A DNA stretch of 64,000 nucleotides from positions 1-64,000 of the forward strand of contig NW_013546689.1 in NCBI RefSeq assembly GCF_000760515.2. The letters are read 5' to 3'. A model generated the notes under the pieces. It worked only from the letters and a program-made list of their open reading frames with translations, searched no databases and had not been told where the DNA came from. The first letter of the stretch is position 1; each line of letters begins with the position of its first letter. The position numbers and the translations under genes are program-made. Origin of the DNA: Mitosporidium daphniae. Taxonomy: Eukaryota. Shown here in pieces: positions 1 to 13,581 of the stretch.

Positions 1-40
1 GCTGGTATAATTTTAAAATAAATAATTAAATTCTAAAAAA

Positions 41-113
41 CGAGGCTAGCAGGGCTCGAACCTGCAATCTCTGGATTCGTAGTCCAACGCCTTTCCAATT
101 TGGCCATAGCCCC
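41..113 (-). tRNA. tRNA-Arg(ACG)
   Basis: Reverse complement GGGGCTA...TAGCCTC-G acceptor stem, D arm with TGG, anticodon arm TTGGA-CT-ACG-AA-TCCAG, T loop GGTTCGAGCCC. 73 nt, followed by a T6 Pol III terminator (35-40). Confidence 0.95.
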
Positions 114-301
114 TCGATGATGATTGCATTCTAGATTTAAATTATAGCTATAAAAAGCTACCAATTTTCTAGAACCCAGCTAACACGATCCTTATTAGTA
201 TGTTTTGGTGATGAGATCTTGAATTTGGATCTCTACCGATATGTGCATCTCTCTTTCATACTGCCTATGCGTATATATATCTCGCATTTTTTGGACCTGA
301 A

Positions 302-1527
<1,226 letters not shown>

Positions 1528-1605
1528 CCAATATGAATTGAATAAAACTTGCGAAACCACGAAATTTTACAATAACCAAAGGTATTCGCTGTGATTCGAA
1601 AATTT

Positions 1606-1803
1606 CAAAGAGAGTATATCAAGGGGGGTTCCAAAGAGAGTATATCAAGGGGGGTTCCAAAGTGAGTATATCAAGGGGGGTTCCAAAGTGAGTATATCAA
1701 GGGGGGGGTTCCAAAGAGAGTATGTCAAGGGGGGGGTTCCAAAGAGAGTATGTCAAGGGGGGGGTTCCAAAGAGAGTATGTCAAGGGGGGTTCCAAAGAG
1801 AGT
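1606..1803. repeat. G-rich minisatellite, unit CAAAG(A/T)GAGTAT(A/G)TCAAG6-8TTC (26-28 bp), 7 copies plus a partial copy
   Basis: Head-to-tail copies read directly, with no unique spacers. Confidence 0.95.
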
Positions 1804-1922
1804 GTGCCTAACGGCGTGCTTTTTAATCGAATTCGGCTTTGCGAACAAGTAAAACATTGAGCAAGACATCTGAATCGTATAATTTAATTGAAACGTTAAA
1901 GTTTAACATATTTTATGAAGGT

Positions 1923-3728
1923 ATGCTCATTCAATTTCTCCCAATTTTTGTGCTGTTTTGCGTGACCCTTAACCCCTGTAATGGAGATAAAGGCGAAAAT
2001 AAAGAGCTCTCATGGATGCCACCATTGCGTAACCATCAGAAAAGTTGTGTGGAGTCCGTTATTTTTGCGAATAGCCTTAATGCATCACCTGAACTCTTTA
2101 GTGGTTTTGACGAGCCCTCTGAAATCCTCTTCATGCCTGTGGTTGTAGAAAGATCGCAATTAGTTGCTTGCAAGTTATACACAGCTAGAGACGAAGGTTC
2201 GCATAAACATGGAATTTCTGATTCCGAAAGAGAGACTATCATTCATGATATTTTAAAGTTTTTGCCCAAATCGCTGTCCTTTCAAATGGCTTCGGTAGCT
2301 CCTAAACGGATCGTGGTTCCTGGAGTTTCAGCTTCTTTATTTGCGTCTACATCTTCTTCAGAACTTGAGGATGCAGCGGCAGCTGCAGGAGTCTCTACAT
2401 CATCAGAGCTATTCAAGTCCATGAAAAGGGTATCATTTTGGTATCATATTTAGGCCATTTCCGGAATGATGGGCATGCTGGGCTCGGCAAATTCTCGGCT
2501 TCAGACACAACCCGAATCGATGTTTACTTATCAGCATGAGCTTGGGTGCAAATTTAGTGTGCCTGCTAGGACTCTTAATATCGACGGTTCGGAGTCCACT
2601 CCCATACAACACTCCTTTCTGGAAGATGATTCTTTGCTAGTTGATTCTATTGCTATAGATCCGGCTACATTTAAAATTTACAAGGCACCTCTTCTTCAGT
2701 ATGTGAGCCCATCTATTTCGAGAGGCTCGCTTTCCATCTCATACCTTGCCAAAGGGTCTGAAAGCGTAGACAACTACAAAAAGGTATCTAAAAGTCGCTT
2801 ATTTTAGGCTCTCAATATCCCCATTAAAGTGGTGGTTCATTTTGTTACGAAGATTGATTTGGGACACAATACAAAATCAACGCACTCAACCACAATCCGT
2901 TCAGTGGTCAGGGAGACCATGCTCAATAATAAGCGACATGAAACCCAGACGGAGAATAAGGATTTTAATCCCGACGCAAACTCTACGGAATATGATATAA
3001 CGACCTGGCATATCACTATTGAAACGCCGATATTGAAGGATTTCTTCCTCGAGTTAAGCTACCCAAATATTTGTCCACAAAAGCGACACAGGCTGCTATG
3101 TGCAGAAGAAAATGCGGCTCAAGAGAGAACTCCCCTTAAACTGCATCAAATTCTTCTTCCCTGGGAATTGCTTCGTAATTCTTTAGACTCCTTCCATGTG
3201 AAGCATATTGTTGAACAAGAGCCTCAGCAAGTTGTCGAAAAATTTAATGACGAAGATTCTAATCCAGAGAGCTTTTCTAAGGTAGCCATGGATATGTTAA
3301 AATCTCTCATGTCGCCTCCCAGTGTTTGGATGCGAAGTAATACAGATAATACATCGGCGATTTATCCGACATTTGAAACTGCAGAAAAACCTCAAAATCC
3401 TTCTTCAAATAAGAACTTTGATGCAGAAATTAAGTCTGTGTTAAGGGAAATGCGCGAGCTGTTTATTGACAAGGAACGCTGGGATCAAGATATCCTCAAT
3501 GAAATGTTTTCAGAAGATGAAAATTTAACCGACGACTACGCCCGCTATTTTATTGATCACAAGACCTATGAAGAAAGCAATTCCCCAGATGGCGAAAGTA
3601 CTTTTCCTTATTCGCAAAGCTTTGGCCTTATTGCCGAAAATGATCTTAATGATGAAAAGCCGACAAATGCTAGTTCTGAGGCTGAAATACATTTAGACAT
3701 TGCGATGGAGGATGAGTGGGTTCAATAA
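1923..3728 (+). CDS. Hypothetical protein with N-terminal signal peptide and acidic C-terminus
   Basis: MLIQFLPIFVLFCVTLNPCNG is signal-like. 24-nt introns at 2430-2453 and 2784-2807 join three ORFs. No family recognised. Confidence 0.65.
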
Positions 3729-3841
3729 ACTCTGGCATATCGTCGAGATACTTTTTCAAAATATGTCTGGTTGACTATTCAAGCTGATTGGGGCCATGCA
3801 GAGGTCAAAATTAGTGGCACATTGGACATAAATTTATTTAA

Positions 3842-4419
3842 CTAAGCAACGACGGACATAGCATTAGATGATGAGGCCTTTGGTACCGGCATTGATGGCT
3901 CTTCGCAGACAATTTCAATATGGCATGGTGTGCTCATATAAGGATTGATGCGTCCATGGGCACGGTAGGTTCTTCGGCGGTGTTTTGGGGCCTGGTTTAC
4001 CTGAATGTGCTTGATGACAAGCGCATCGGTATTGAGTCCCTTGGACTGAGGAAAAAATTAGCATTCAAATAGCGTACCTCGCCGTTAGCCTTGGCATTCA
4101 AAAGTAAGGTGCGGATAAAGTCAACAGACTTGACTGGCCAGCGTCCTTGGGTGGTTCCATGTTGCTTGGCTTGAGCACAACGTCCAACACCTCCATTGAA
4201 GCGGCGGAATGGAATACACTGCTTTTTATCGGTAACGTCTGCAAGATAAGCAAGCGCTTTGGTCAGGCGCATTCCCTTCACAGCCATCGCAGTTTCATGA
4301 GTATTCTTAAAGTGTGTTCGGAGGTAATTTCCAGAAGATTTACAAACTACAAAATCCAGTAAATAAAGAACATCCAAACCTTTAGAAGACTCGCTTATTT
4401 TATAGTTATACTTGGTCAT
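3842..4419 (-). CDS. RPL17: 60S ribosomal protein L17 (uL22)
   Basis: Motifs [49 protein letters not shown]; short introns. Confidence 0.95.
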
Positions 4420-4520
4420 GTCAATGGATGAAATATGCGGAGGGAACGAAGGAAATTGGTAAAATAGAAACAAATCTTTTTATTAATAACCTTTAATTTT
4501 AAATTTTAATTTTTTGATAC

Positions 4521-4975
4521 ATGGTAATTCTCAGCACCTGTTTCGTCTATCACAGCTATATGCCACTTATTCCATCTGTTGAATTGGAATTGAAATGACA
4601 TTTTTCACCTTGTTCCTCGTATATTATTCTCACAATTTAGACAAAAGGAACATCCAGTTTCGGTAAACGCCACGTCAAATCTCACTCCCTGTGCCGTCGT
4701 TGCGGAAACCGTTCATATCACATTCAGAAGAAAACATGCGCTCAATGCGGTTTCCCATCACCCAAGATCAGAAAATATAACTGGAGTCAGAAGGGAATCC
4801 GTAGAAAGACAACCGGATCTGGTAGAATGCGCTACCTGAAGACCATGCCCCAGCGCTTTAAGGGTGGATTCCGTGAAGGTTTGTGAGCCATTAGTCTTTT
4901 TATGCTAACATTTTTTGATCTCTTGCAATTTGTTTAATATTCATCCCTAACTTCGATCTAGGTGTTTCTGCGTAA
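4521..4975 (+). CDS. RPL37: 60S ribosomal protein L37 (eL37), absent from ORF track
   Basis: ATG, intron 4524-4640, then [39 protein letters not shown]...[14 protein letters not shown]. Probable second intron 4879-4961. Confidence 0.95.
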
Positions 4976-5008
4976 ACTGAAAAGGCTGCATATTTAATAA
5001 AGCTGTAG

Positions 5009-6852
5009 TCAGATCTTCAAAGGCTTTACGCTCAATGAGATGGTGTTTTCTTCATCATCGCCACGACCGGATTGAAGAGGAGGGTCCTTAATCATTGTGA
5101 CTGTGGTGGTGCTTTTGCTCCCGTAGGGTTCAGAGTGAATTGTGTTGCAATTTGTAGCACCTATAGCTCTTTTAAGGTCGGTAGCATAGATGTGGATTTG
5201 CTGCCTAAGACATTTGTACGAGGATAGGAAATTTGAGAGATCAGATTGATGTGCCTTTTTCAACGAATTTATCTAGAAGCAGCGTTAGGATGATTATCTC
5301 GGGGTTGGGGTAGGAAATTTCGCGAGTCAAGTAAATCTTACCTGTTGTTCAATGTCTCGCGATTGCCGTTCGTTGGCATCTATTTTCTCCTGAATTAATT
5401 GTCGTTCGCGAGAAAGGGCTTCATATTCAGCTTTCAGCGTTCCAAGGGACGACTCGAAAAGTGTCCTGCGCGTTGCTTGGCTGGAATGCAGCTTTTCGGT
5501 GCGCTCCAGGGCCAGACTCAACTGGCGACGGGCCTGTTCGTCCCTGATCTCGGCATCTTTTAATTCCGCCAAAAGACGGGATTCCTTGTCCGACAGCTGG
5601 GCAAAGGACAGCTCAGCATCAGACCTCTTTTGCAAGGACTCCAAGGCGATGTTCATCGCCTCTAGCGTTCGCTGGACATCTGAGATGGACTCGTTAAGCG
5701 AATCGGCTCTAAAAAGCGTCTCTCTATGGCTCTTTTCTAAAGAGCTAATTTGGTCCTTTTCCAAGTCAATTTCGGCGGAACATTCTTTGATTGCCTACAA
5801 AAAGAACGATTGCAATCTACATTAAATAGAGCCTCTGGGTTTGACACAATTTGCCCCTGAAGCCTGTGGCACTCTTGTTTGATTTGCAACGTAATAAATT
5901 GCTCGGAAGACTAAAGGATCAAAATTTGTTGCGTACAAGTTTGTCGTCCAACGCAGATTTTTCCTCCTTGAGCGTGTCAACCTGTGAAGTCATTTGCAGT
6001 TGAATTGTTTTTAATTCCTTCAGCTCAGCAGAGATGGCCTTTATGTGGTCCTCAATAACAGCCACTTTGGGTTCTTCCGCAGCAATAGCATCTCTAAGTT
6101 TACATGAAAGAGAAATGGTATACTTTAGCGTCAAAAAGCGGGATTGAAGCTGGAGCCTTCCAGACTCGGCCTTTTTTTTTGCCTGTATTATTTTGGACTA
6201 AAGATAACAAATAACACTAGCACACCGATTTCATAGTAAGGCCTTCGACGATCGCAATTTGCTCTTCTCGAAATTTTGCAAAATTGATGACCCCAGAAAG
6301 AATCATTCTAAAACGAGACCCTACGGGGCTTATGATATCCCTAAGCGAAAAGTCATCTATTCCAACGGCCTCCATCAACCGAGATCTAATTGGGGTTAAA
6401 AACAACTCAAATAAGAAAAGAAACAAAAGCAAACCCCCAAGCAGGATTATAGATGTATCCTGGAATGATGGCGTTGAAAAGGAAAACACCAAGCATAATG
6501 GGTATGAAGGGCAATTGAAAAACACGTACGTAGAGCGATGAAAGGAGGACAATGCAAGGGCTTCTGAATGTAGCTCTGGATACTCTAGCAGCGACAGTAC
6601 ATTTGAATAGGAGTTGGGATCCGATTTTCCCATGCCCATAAATAGGGCAATAAGCCCCTCAAATATTCGTTGCACAATTGCTGGACTCGGCTTGGTGAGC
6701 TCGACTTCGGATAATGGGAGATGGAGCTCTTCCATGATCTGAATGATCTCAATAGGCCTTAATTCTGGAAACGGTCTCCACTTTGGAGGAGAAGCATTTT
6801 GGGAAGAGTTGGCCGATTGGGCGGTGTTGGAGGAGATGGCGCTCTTGTTCAT
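5009..6852 (-). CDS. NUF2: Kinetochore Ndc80-complex subunit Nuf2
   Basis: N-terminal FPELRPIEII...LTKP and FSLRDIISP...ILSGVINFAKFREE motifs, then coiled-coil exons. Confidence 0.85.
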
Positions 6853-6910
6853 TTACACAATTTTTGTAAATTTAATTTGGGAACCCTGTGGTTTTTAATT
6901 GATTTTCCAG

Positions 6911-9497
6911 ATGCAAGCAAGTGTCATTCTTCCCTCTAAGGTGCATGTAGCTACCGAGAGAAATGTTGTACCCAATTTGGATATCGATGCATTTAACCAA
7001 TTTTCTTCTTTTCCATCTACCCTGGTTTCGCCAAGCTTTTCCACTCCCTCTTCACACCATCGCGAGGAAACTTTGGTAACAGAATCAACCTATGAGACAA
7101 GAAAACAATCTTTGATGAAGCTCCTTAACGAGACCCTTGATATTGTCTCCGATTTGGAATCTAAAATTGAAATTTCAGCACCTGGACAGAATCACAATGG
7201 AAGCGGTGGTGAGTCTCTATCGTTTCCAAGCAGCTTTACTTTTCGATTTCCAATCCGGAGTGGACAAATTAAAATTTTGCATCTTTCTTTGCCTCCATCG
7301 GCACGCTCCCCCCAGCTTTCTATCCTCGAAGATGATCTAATGACCAGAAGGCTGCTTTTGCTAAAGCTCCATTCGACGCTTACCCACATTGAGCGGCTAA
7401 AGTTGAGATTGCTTGATTCCTCCGTCCGAATCCTGGTGACTGGCGACGTAAATTCGGGAAAGTCAACGCTTATAAACGCGCTGCTCGGATTGCCCGAGTT
7501 TCTAGTGATAGACCAGCAGCCATGCACTTCTGCTTATTGCGAAGTTGTTCTTGACCACCCTTGTACATTTGACCCCCAACTCCCGGTCCATGCTATCCCA
7601 CGTCTTGAGGGATATTCCCCGGAAGATAAATCTTCCTTTAGAGCGATCTCTACCTCAGAAATGCAACACCTTTCTGCAGGCAGCATTGATTCCATTTTGG
7701 AAGATGGGATTGAAAGGCCATACGCCTGGTTTAGGATTTTTCTCCAAAATTCATCGAATCTTGAATTTTTTTCCGCCAGTCAACAGGAAAAGGCAGCAGA
7801 TTCATCTGACATTCTTCCTTTTTCGTGCTCCATAATTGATTCTCCAGGGCTTAATCACGACACCTTTCAGACGATGAGTTTGTTTGCCAGGCAAGATGAC
7901 ATTGACATCCTGATTTTTGTCATCAACGCAGCCAATCATTTGACTCTTTCGGTAACTTCTTATTTTTGATTTCTAATTGTAGGCATCTGAATTTTTAAAC
8001 GAAGCTTCGCGGGAAAAGGAAAAGATATTCATCGTTGTCAATAAGTTTGACGACATCAAAGACAAACAAAAATGCAGAAGAATTGTTATGCAGCAAATCG
8101 CCAATCTCCTTCCCGCAACATACAAAGATGCAGATAGGCTTGTTCATTTTGTTAGTGCCAAAGATGCTTGCCATAGCGGTTCGGCTGGCCCTGCACATCA
8201 AGATCTTTCCGAGAATTTTGTCCAATTTCTTAAATCTCTCTCTAGTTGGGCTACTAGTCCAGAGTTGCGGGCAAAAACAAAACTAGGCCCTCCTGCAACT
8301 TTCATCGGGGCCCTTTTGAATGATATTTTGTATCTTTCTTTATTTAATATTTCTGCGGTAGAAGCCGAAATACGACGAATTGTTGCGATTGCTGCGCAGG
8401 AAACACCCCTGGAAGAGAAATTGGCAAAAAGCGCTTCCTTTTTTGTTGATCCCTCCTATTTGGATTGCGAGGGAGACATTGCGGCTAGGGCCGCTCTTTC
8501 GGCATCTTTGGAACAATTGGGGGCATTGGTTGATGGGGGTGGCCTCTTGGTTTCTGCCCGTCTTGTGCAAGTGAGTGGTGCACAATGGCCCGGTTCTTTT
8601 GCCCTTTTTTCAATACCCGGATGGATTTGTGCCTTTTCAAAGACCTTGGAGGCTGTCGTTGTCTCACAACTAGCCATCTGTAAATCGATTTCGGTTGGCC
8701 ACGGGTGCGAAGGGGCTTCTCGTATCCACATAAAGGCCCGTCAAATATTGCCTGAAATTTTCGACAGGAGCAATTTGGATGAGCTGGCATCTCAGGCAGC
8801 TAGCAGTGGCAAGTTTTCTGACCTAGCCAACAGCCCCACTTGTCACACACCCGATCTAAGTGCATTTAAGATTTCTGGATGGGCTATTCTTCTTGATATC
8901 CGATCGGAACTATTCCAAATAGCGACTTGCTTTGGTACCCTTGGCGCAGTTACTGGCTTGACCGGTCTGGCATTTCGGTTGGGCCTATCTTCTACACTTG
9001 GAACGATTGCCGAAACGTACTTCAAATATGGCCACATGACACGCTCTCATGGCCATGGCTCAAGTGGGCGGGGCATATTTTCTCCCTCTCTGGCGCTTGG
9101 TTCTGTTCTCATTGCTGCCATTGGCTTTGGAGCGATTACGCTATCAAGGGAATCCTTGGGTATCGATTCAAAGCCTGATAGCACACCATCTCCTGGTCGG
9201 TTTGAGACCCATTTACGAGAAAAGGTTGCCACCTCCATCGTAAAGAAGCTCCAATCGTCCTGCTGGAAGGAGTATGAATCGGCAGCCCTTGCTACCATTA
9301 CTCGAGATGCTACGCGTGCTTCCGTTTTGGATGTCCAGACTCGCTTCCAAATCCATCTTGCGGCGTGTACACGCAGGCAAGCCTCGAGAGAAGCATACAT
9401 CTCGCTTCTCGAAGATCGACACGCATATTTCAGGGGATTGCAGCGAAAATGCAATGTATTGCTAACGGAATTAGAAGCTACAGCTCCCGGCTATTGA
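6911..9497 (+). CDS. FZO1: Mitofusin, dynamin-like GTPase Fzo1
   Basis: Motifs ILVTGDVNSGKSTLINALL, DQQPCT, IDSPGLN, ARQDDID, VVNKFD. Intron 7952-7982. Two C-terminal hydrophobic segments. Confidence 0.9.
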
Positions 9498-9662
9498 TAA
9501 CACAAGCCAGCCACTATTTATGCGATCAGGTGCCGCCAAAACAAAAAGTCGCGTCTTCAGTAAAATTTTACAACGAAAGCGAGGGGATATTCCAACTTAA
9601 CGGCAGCGCTTCCAATAAATTTCGGTCCAATTCAACGCCGGCATCTCTCGTTACTACTTAAT

Positions 9663-11526
9663 TTATTGTTTGTTTTTCTTGGAAATGAAAGTACGTTTCG
9701 GTCGAGCGTTGATGGCCTTGGAGTGTTGCACAAGATTTTCGGCCCGCTTCAAATCTCTCTCGGCAATTAAAAGCTAAAATTAGAAAAAAGGAGACTACCT
9801 TTTTCTGCTCGCTCTCCTCGACAAGGATCTCGGCCACTTGAATTTCAACGGAAGAAATCCATTTGGCAGCTTCTATTAATCGTTCACTTGGAATTGTCCT
9901 TTGCGACACCAACGAACCGCCATTTTTTATGGCTGATTTGAGCACCTTTCGATCGGATTCGCCAACAAGAGAAATTGCCCTCCCTGAGCGGCCGGCTCTA
10001 GCTGTTCTTCCAATCCTATGCTGATACTTTATGTATTCTGAAGGCAATGACCAGTTTATGACTGTCGAGATTCCGGGAATGTCAAGCCCCCTGGCTGCCA
10101 CATCGGTACATAGAAGAATAGAGCCCTTTCCTTCGCACACAGATTGTTTGAATTTAGCAAGGGATGTAGAGCGCTGAATTTGAGTGAGATCTCCATGAAG
10201 TTCGTGTATGGAAGAAGGTAATCCCCGAAGACCGAGCAAAATACGAGCCTTATGCGTTCGATCTTTCGATGGGAAAAAGACGATTATACCAGAGGAACTT
10301 TTATCCGTGTCATCCGATTTTGGACAAGTCAGGATTTCAAGTAGTGACACTAGTAGTGCGTCTCTGGTCTCGTTTTCAGGGAGAGACCGGACACGAATAA
10401 ATTCCTGACTAAGCCTGGATGCAATTGCCTCTGCAGAATTGATTTGCAGCTGAATGGGCCTTACCAGGGACAGTCTTGCCAGCCCATCAATTGCGGCCGT
10501 CGTTCCGAGTGTGGCACTGAACAGCATCGTTTGTCGTTGCCGAGGACACGACTTGATGATGAAATTTAGTTCGTCGGAAAACCCATCTTCCAACATTCTA
10601 TCGGCCTCATCAAGAATGAGAACCTCAATGGAGTCTAAACTGATTGCAGATGAATTGTGTAGCAAATCGACCAGGCGACCTGGAGTCGCCACAATGATAT
10701 CTGGAAGACGGCGAAGCTCGGCTTCTTGGGTTGCAATAGATAGGCCGCCAGCTAACAAACAAATGCCCAACGTTGAATAATGGCAAAGAAGTCTCCAGAC
10801 CTCGGTACACTGCGATGCAAGCTCGCGGGTTGGAAGAAGGACCAAAACCCTGATTGCGGAGGAAGATTTTGCCCCCACTTGGGCCTGAAGAAGGCGCTCA
10901 ATGGTTGGGATGGCAAAGGCAGCAGTTTTTCCAGACCCTGTTACGGCACATCCAAAAACATCTCTCCCGGTAAGGATTATCGGAATTGCAGCAGATTGAA
11001 TTGGGGTAGGCTGCACAAATCCCAACTGAATCGTAATTGCCTTCAGCAAAGGTCTTGACAATTGAAAGTCGGTGAAAGATGCTGCTTGCTGTGAAACAGT
11101 GCAAAGCTTCTCAATCAAGGGTGAGTCGACAGCAGAAGAATCGGTGTCAACGCTATGTGAGCCGGTATCAAATTCAGATGCCATTGGCAGGTCGGAGTCG
11201 GAATCTGAAAATTCCCCACTAGGGTCAATGTTAGTGTTTAGGTTGAAAGTAGATTTTGGCATTGAAGAAGGAGACAAGAGATCAAGAAGCTCCCTTTTTT
11301 TACGGATCACCTGCTCTAAAATGTCGCTTTCATCTAGGGTAAGAGGAGGCTCAACGGAGACCGGTGACTTGGAATCCATCGGCTCTTCTTCAGTTTCGTG
11401 GCTGAAAAAGCTAAAATCAGCGCTAAACTCATCCTGATGCTCCAGATCTTGTTTGTGCCGATCACTGGATTGCTCCTGCACATTGTTCGTAAAGATCGAT
11501 GGAGCCTTTTTTATTTTTTTGGCCAT
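9663..11526 (-). CDS. DRS1: DEAD-box RNA helicase Drs1/DDX27
   Basis: Motifs LSRPLLKA, PTPIQ, AVTGSGKTAAF, PTRELA, DEADRML, SAT, HRIGRTARAGR. The last exon, after a short intron, reads RAENL...ARPKRTF. Confidence 0.9.
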
Positions 11527-11585
11527 TTCCGGCAAATTAAATAAATAAACGAGAAAATAAATCCGAATTTAAATTTTACATTGCA

Positions 11586-12447
11586 ATGAGTGGGTTTAAA
11601 ACCATTACATCTTCCCTTGGTGCGTTTGGACTTGTGGGCACCGCTGCTGCCATTCAAGCCTCGCTGTTTAATGTCGATGGTGGATATCGCGGTGTAAAGT
11701 TTTCCCGTCTAAGCGGTGTCCTTGATACGGTCTATGAAGAGGGAACGCATTTCCTTATCCCCTGGATTGAAAGTGTTCATCTTTATGATGTTCGTGCTCG
11801 CCCTCGAAATATCCCATCGCTGACGGGGACCAAAGGTCGGTTTAAAGAGCAATTTATTTGTAGATCTTCAGATGGTTAACATCACTCTTCGTGTTTTGGC
11901 AAAGCCAGATACCGCACACCTTCCACAGATACACCGGGAAATTGGCCCCGATTATGACGAGAGGGTTCTGCCCTCCATCGCCAACGAGGTTCTGAAGGCC
12001 GTTGTGGCGCAATTCAATGCATCACAGCTCATTACACAGCGAGAAAAGGTGTCTAAACTGATCCGGGAAAGACTGACCGAACGATCGGCAATTTTCAACA
12101 TCATTCTTGATGATGTTTCCCTTGTCAATGTTCAGTTTGGCGAAGAATTCGCACATGCCGTTGAAGCCAAGCAGATTGCACAGCAGGATGCGCAGAGATC
12201 GGCCTTCATCATCGAGCGAGCGATTCAAGAGAAGCAATCCACAATTGTCAAGGCAGAAGGCGAGGCACTGGCAGCCACTCTTATTGGAGATGCGGTTGCA
12301 AAAAATCCGGCCTTCCTCCAATTAAGAAAGATCGAAGCGGCTAAAGAGATCGCGCAACATATTGCAAAAAGCTCCAATTCGGTCTACCTCAATGCCGAAA
12401 GTTTACTATTGAATTTGGCGCATTTACAGCAGCAGCCGGACAAATAA
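11586..12447 (+). CDS. PHB2: Prohibitin 2
   Basis: Motifs FNVDGGYR, LTGTKDLQMVNITLRVL, YDERVLPSI, AQFNASQLITQRE, AVEAKQIAQQDAQR. Intron 11836-11863. Confidence 0.93.
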
Positions 12448-12497
12448 TTTGTTGATAAAATTACCGATGTGGCGGCGTGTACCGCAAAATAAATATT

Positions 12498-13540
12498 TTA
12501 ATTTTTTTGACAATTTTGTACGAGATATTCGGCAAGTGCTGATATTGCAGATGGGCAGCCCTTGTATGATGGCAGGTAATTTACATCGATCAGTTTAATG
12601 GCCCCGCTTCTTTCATCCACAAGCAAATCAAATCCGAACAGATCGCACTCCTATGATGTATGAAGGTCAAAAATACAAATGCGGAAAATGGGAACAAGCT
12701 TCGCCTAATGTGCAGGATTTGATCTATCGATGGCATGAAGTCAGAAACCAGATGTTCCGAAATTGTTTGCTTCGGCAGATCTTGGCTATGAAAAATCAAC
12801 GGATTGCCTAACGATTATTTAAACGTCGGCGTCACCTGAATGAACATCGAAAGCAATAGATGGCCTGGGGATACTGAACACTTTCTCGCCGATGACAAAG
12901 ATTTTAAAAACCACATTAAAATGTGGGATGAATTCTTGAATGAAGAAAGACGATCTTATAAATAAGGAAATCAAACACAATACCCAATTAGGCTTTGTCG
13001 ACTATATTCTTCATCGCCGTCATAAACCTCAATCAAGGAGGAAAGCAGGCTGAAAGTCAAGTCCTCTGGATGCGCTACAATGCACATGTTATGTGAAATA
13101 CGACTCCCATGGGCCAGGTCATTTTTAATGATAATGGGAAAGCTCAAGGAAGCAATGATGTCGCGTCTTATTTCGTCAATAGAAACACTAGGATGCATTC
13201 GAACGTCAACAATGTATTTGGGGAAATATGAGATGCATTCGGGGACTCCTCTTGTTAACGAAGCAAAAAGATATGCCCGAGAAGAAAGGAGCTTGTAAAC
13301 CTTGGGGTCGTTGATCAAGCGGGGCAATTCAGGCATATCGGAAGTAAGAAAGCTTGGATCCTTTTGAAGAATGCAGTCAAAGGAAGCTGATATTTCCGAC
13401 ACCGAGGTCGCCAGTGGAATGTGGCTAAACAACATATCGCCATTTGAAATGCTCGTGATTTTCTGCTCGAGGCTGTGGCCAAGCTCATGCCACTTTTTTT
13501 CGGAGCACAGAAAGCCAATTTTAAGCGGAAATTTATCCAT
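12498..13540 (-). CDS. ITPK1: Inositol-tetrakisphosphate 1-kinase (ATP-grasp)
   Basis: Motifs FPIIIKNDLAHGSRISHNM, QEFIPHFNVVFKIFVIGE, LFGFD, IDVNYLPSY, read across introns. Confidence 0.85.
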
Positions 13541-13581
13541 AAAAAATCTTATAAAATTAATACCTTGAATTTTAATAAACT

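Noticed and set aside
1606..1803. Possible CRISPR array
   Set aside because: Units are contiguous with no unique spacers, there are no cas genes, and the context is eukaryotic.
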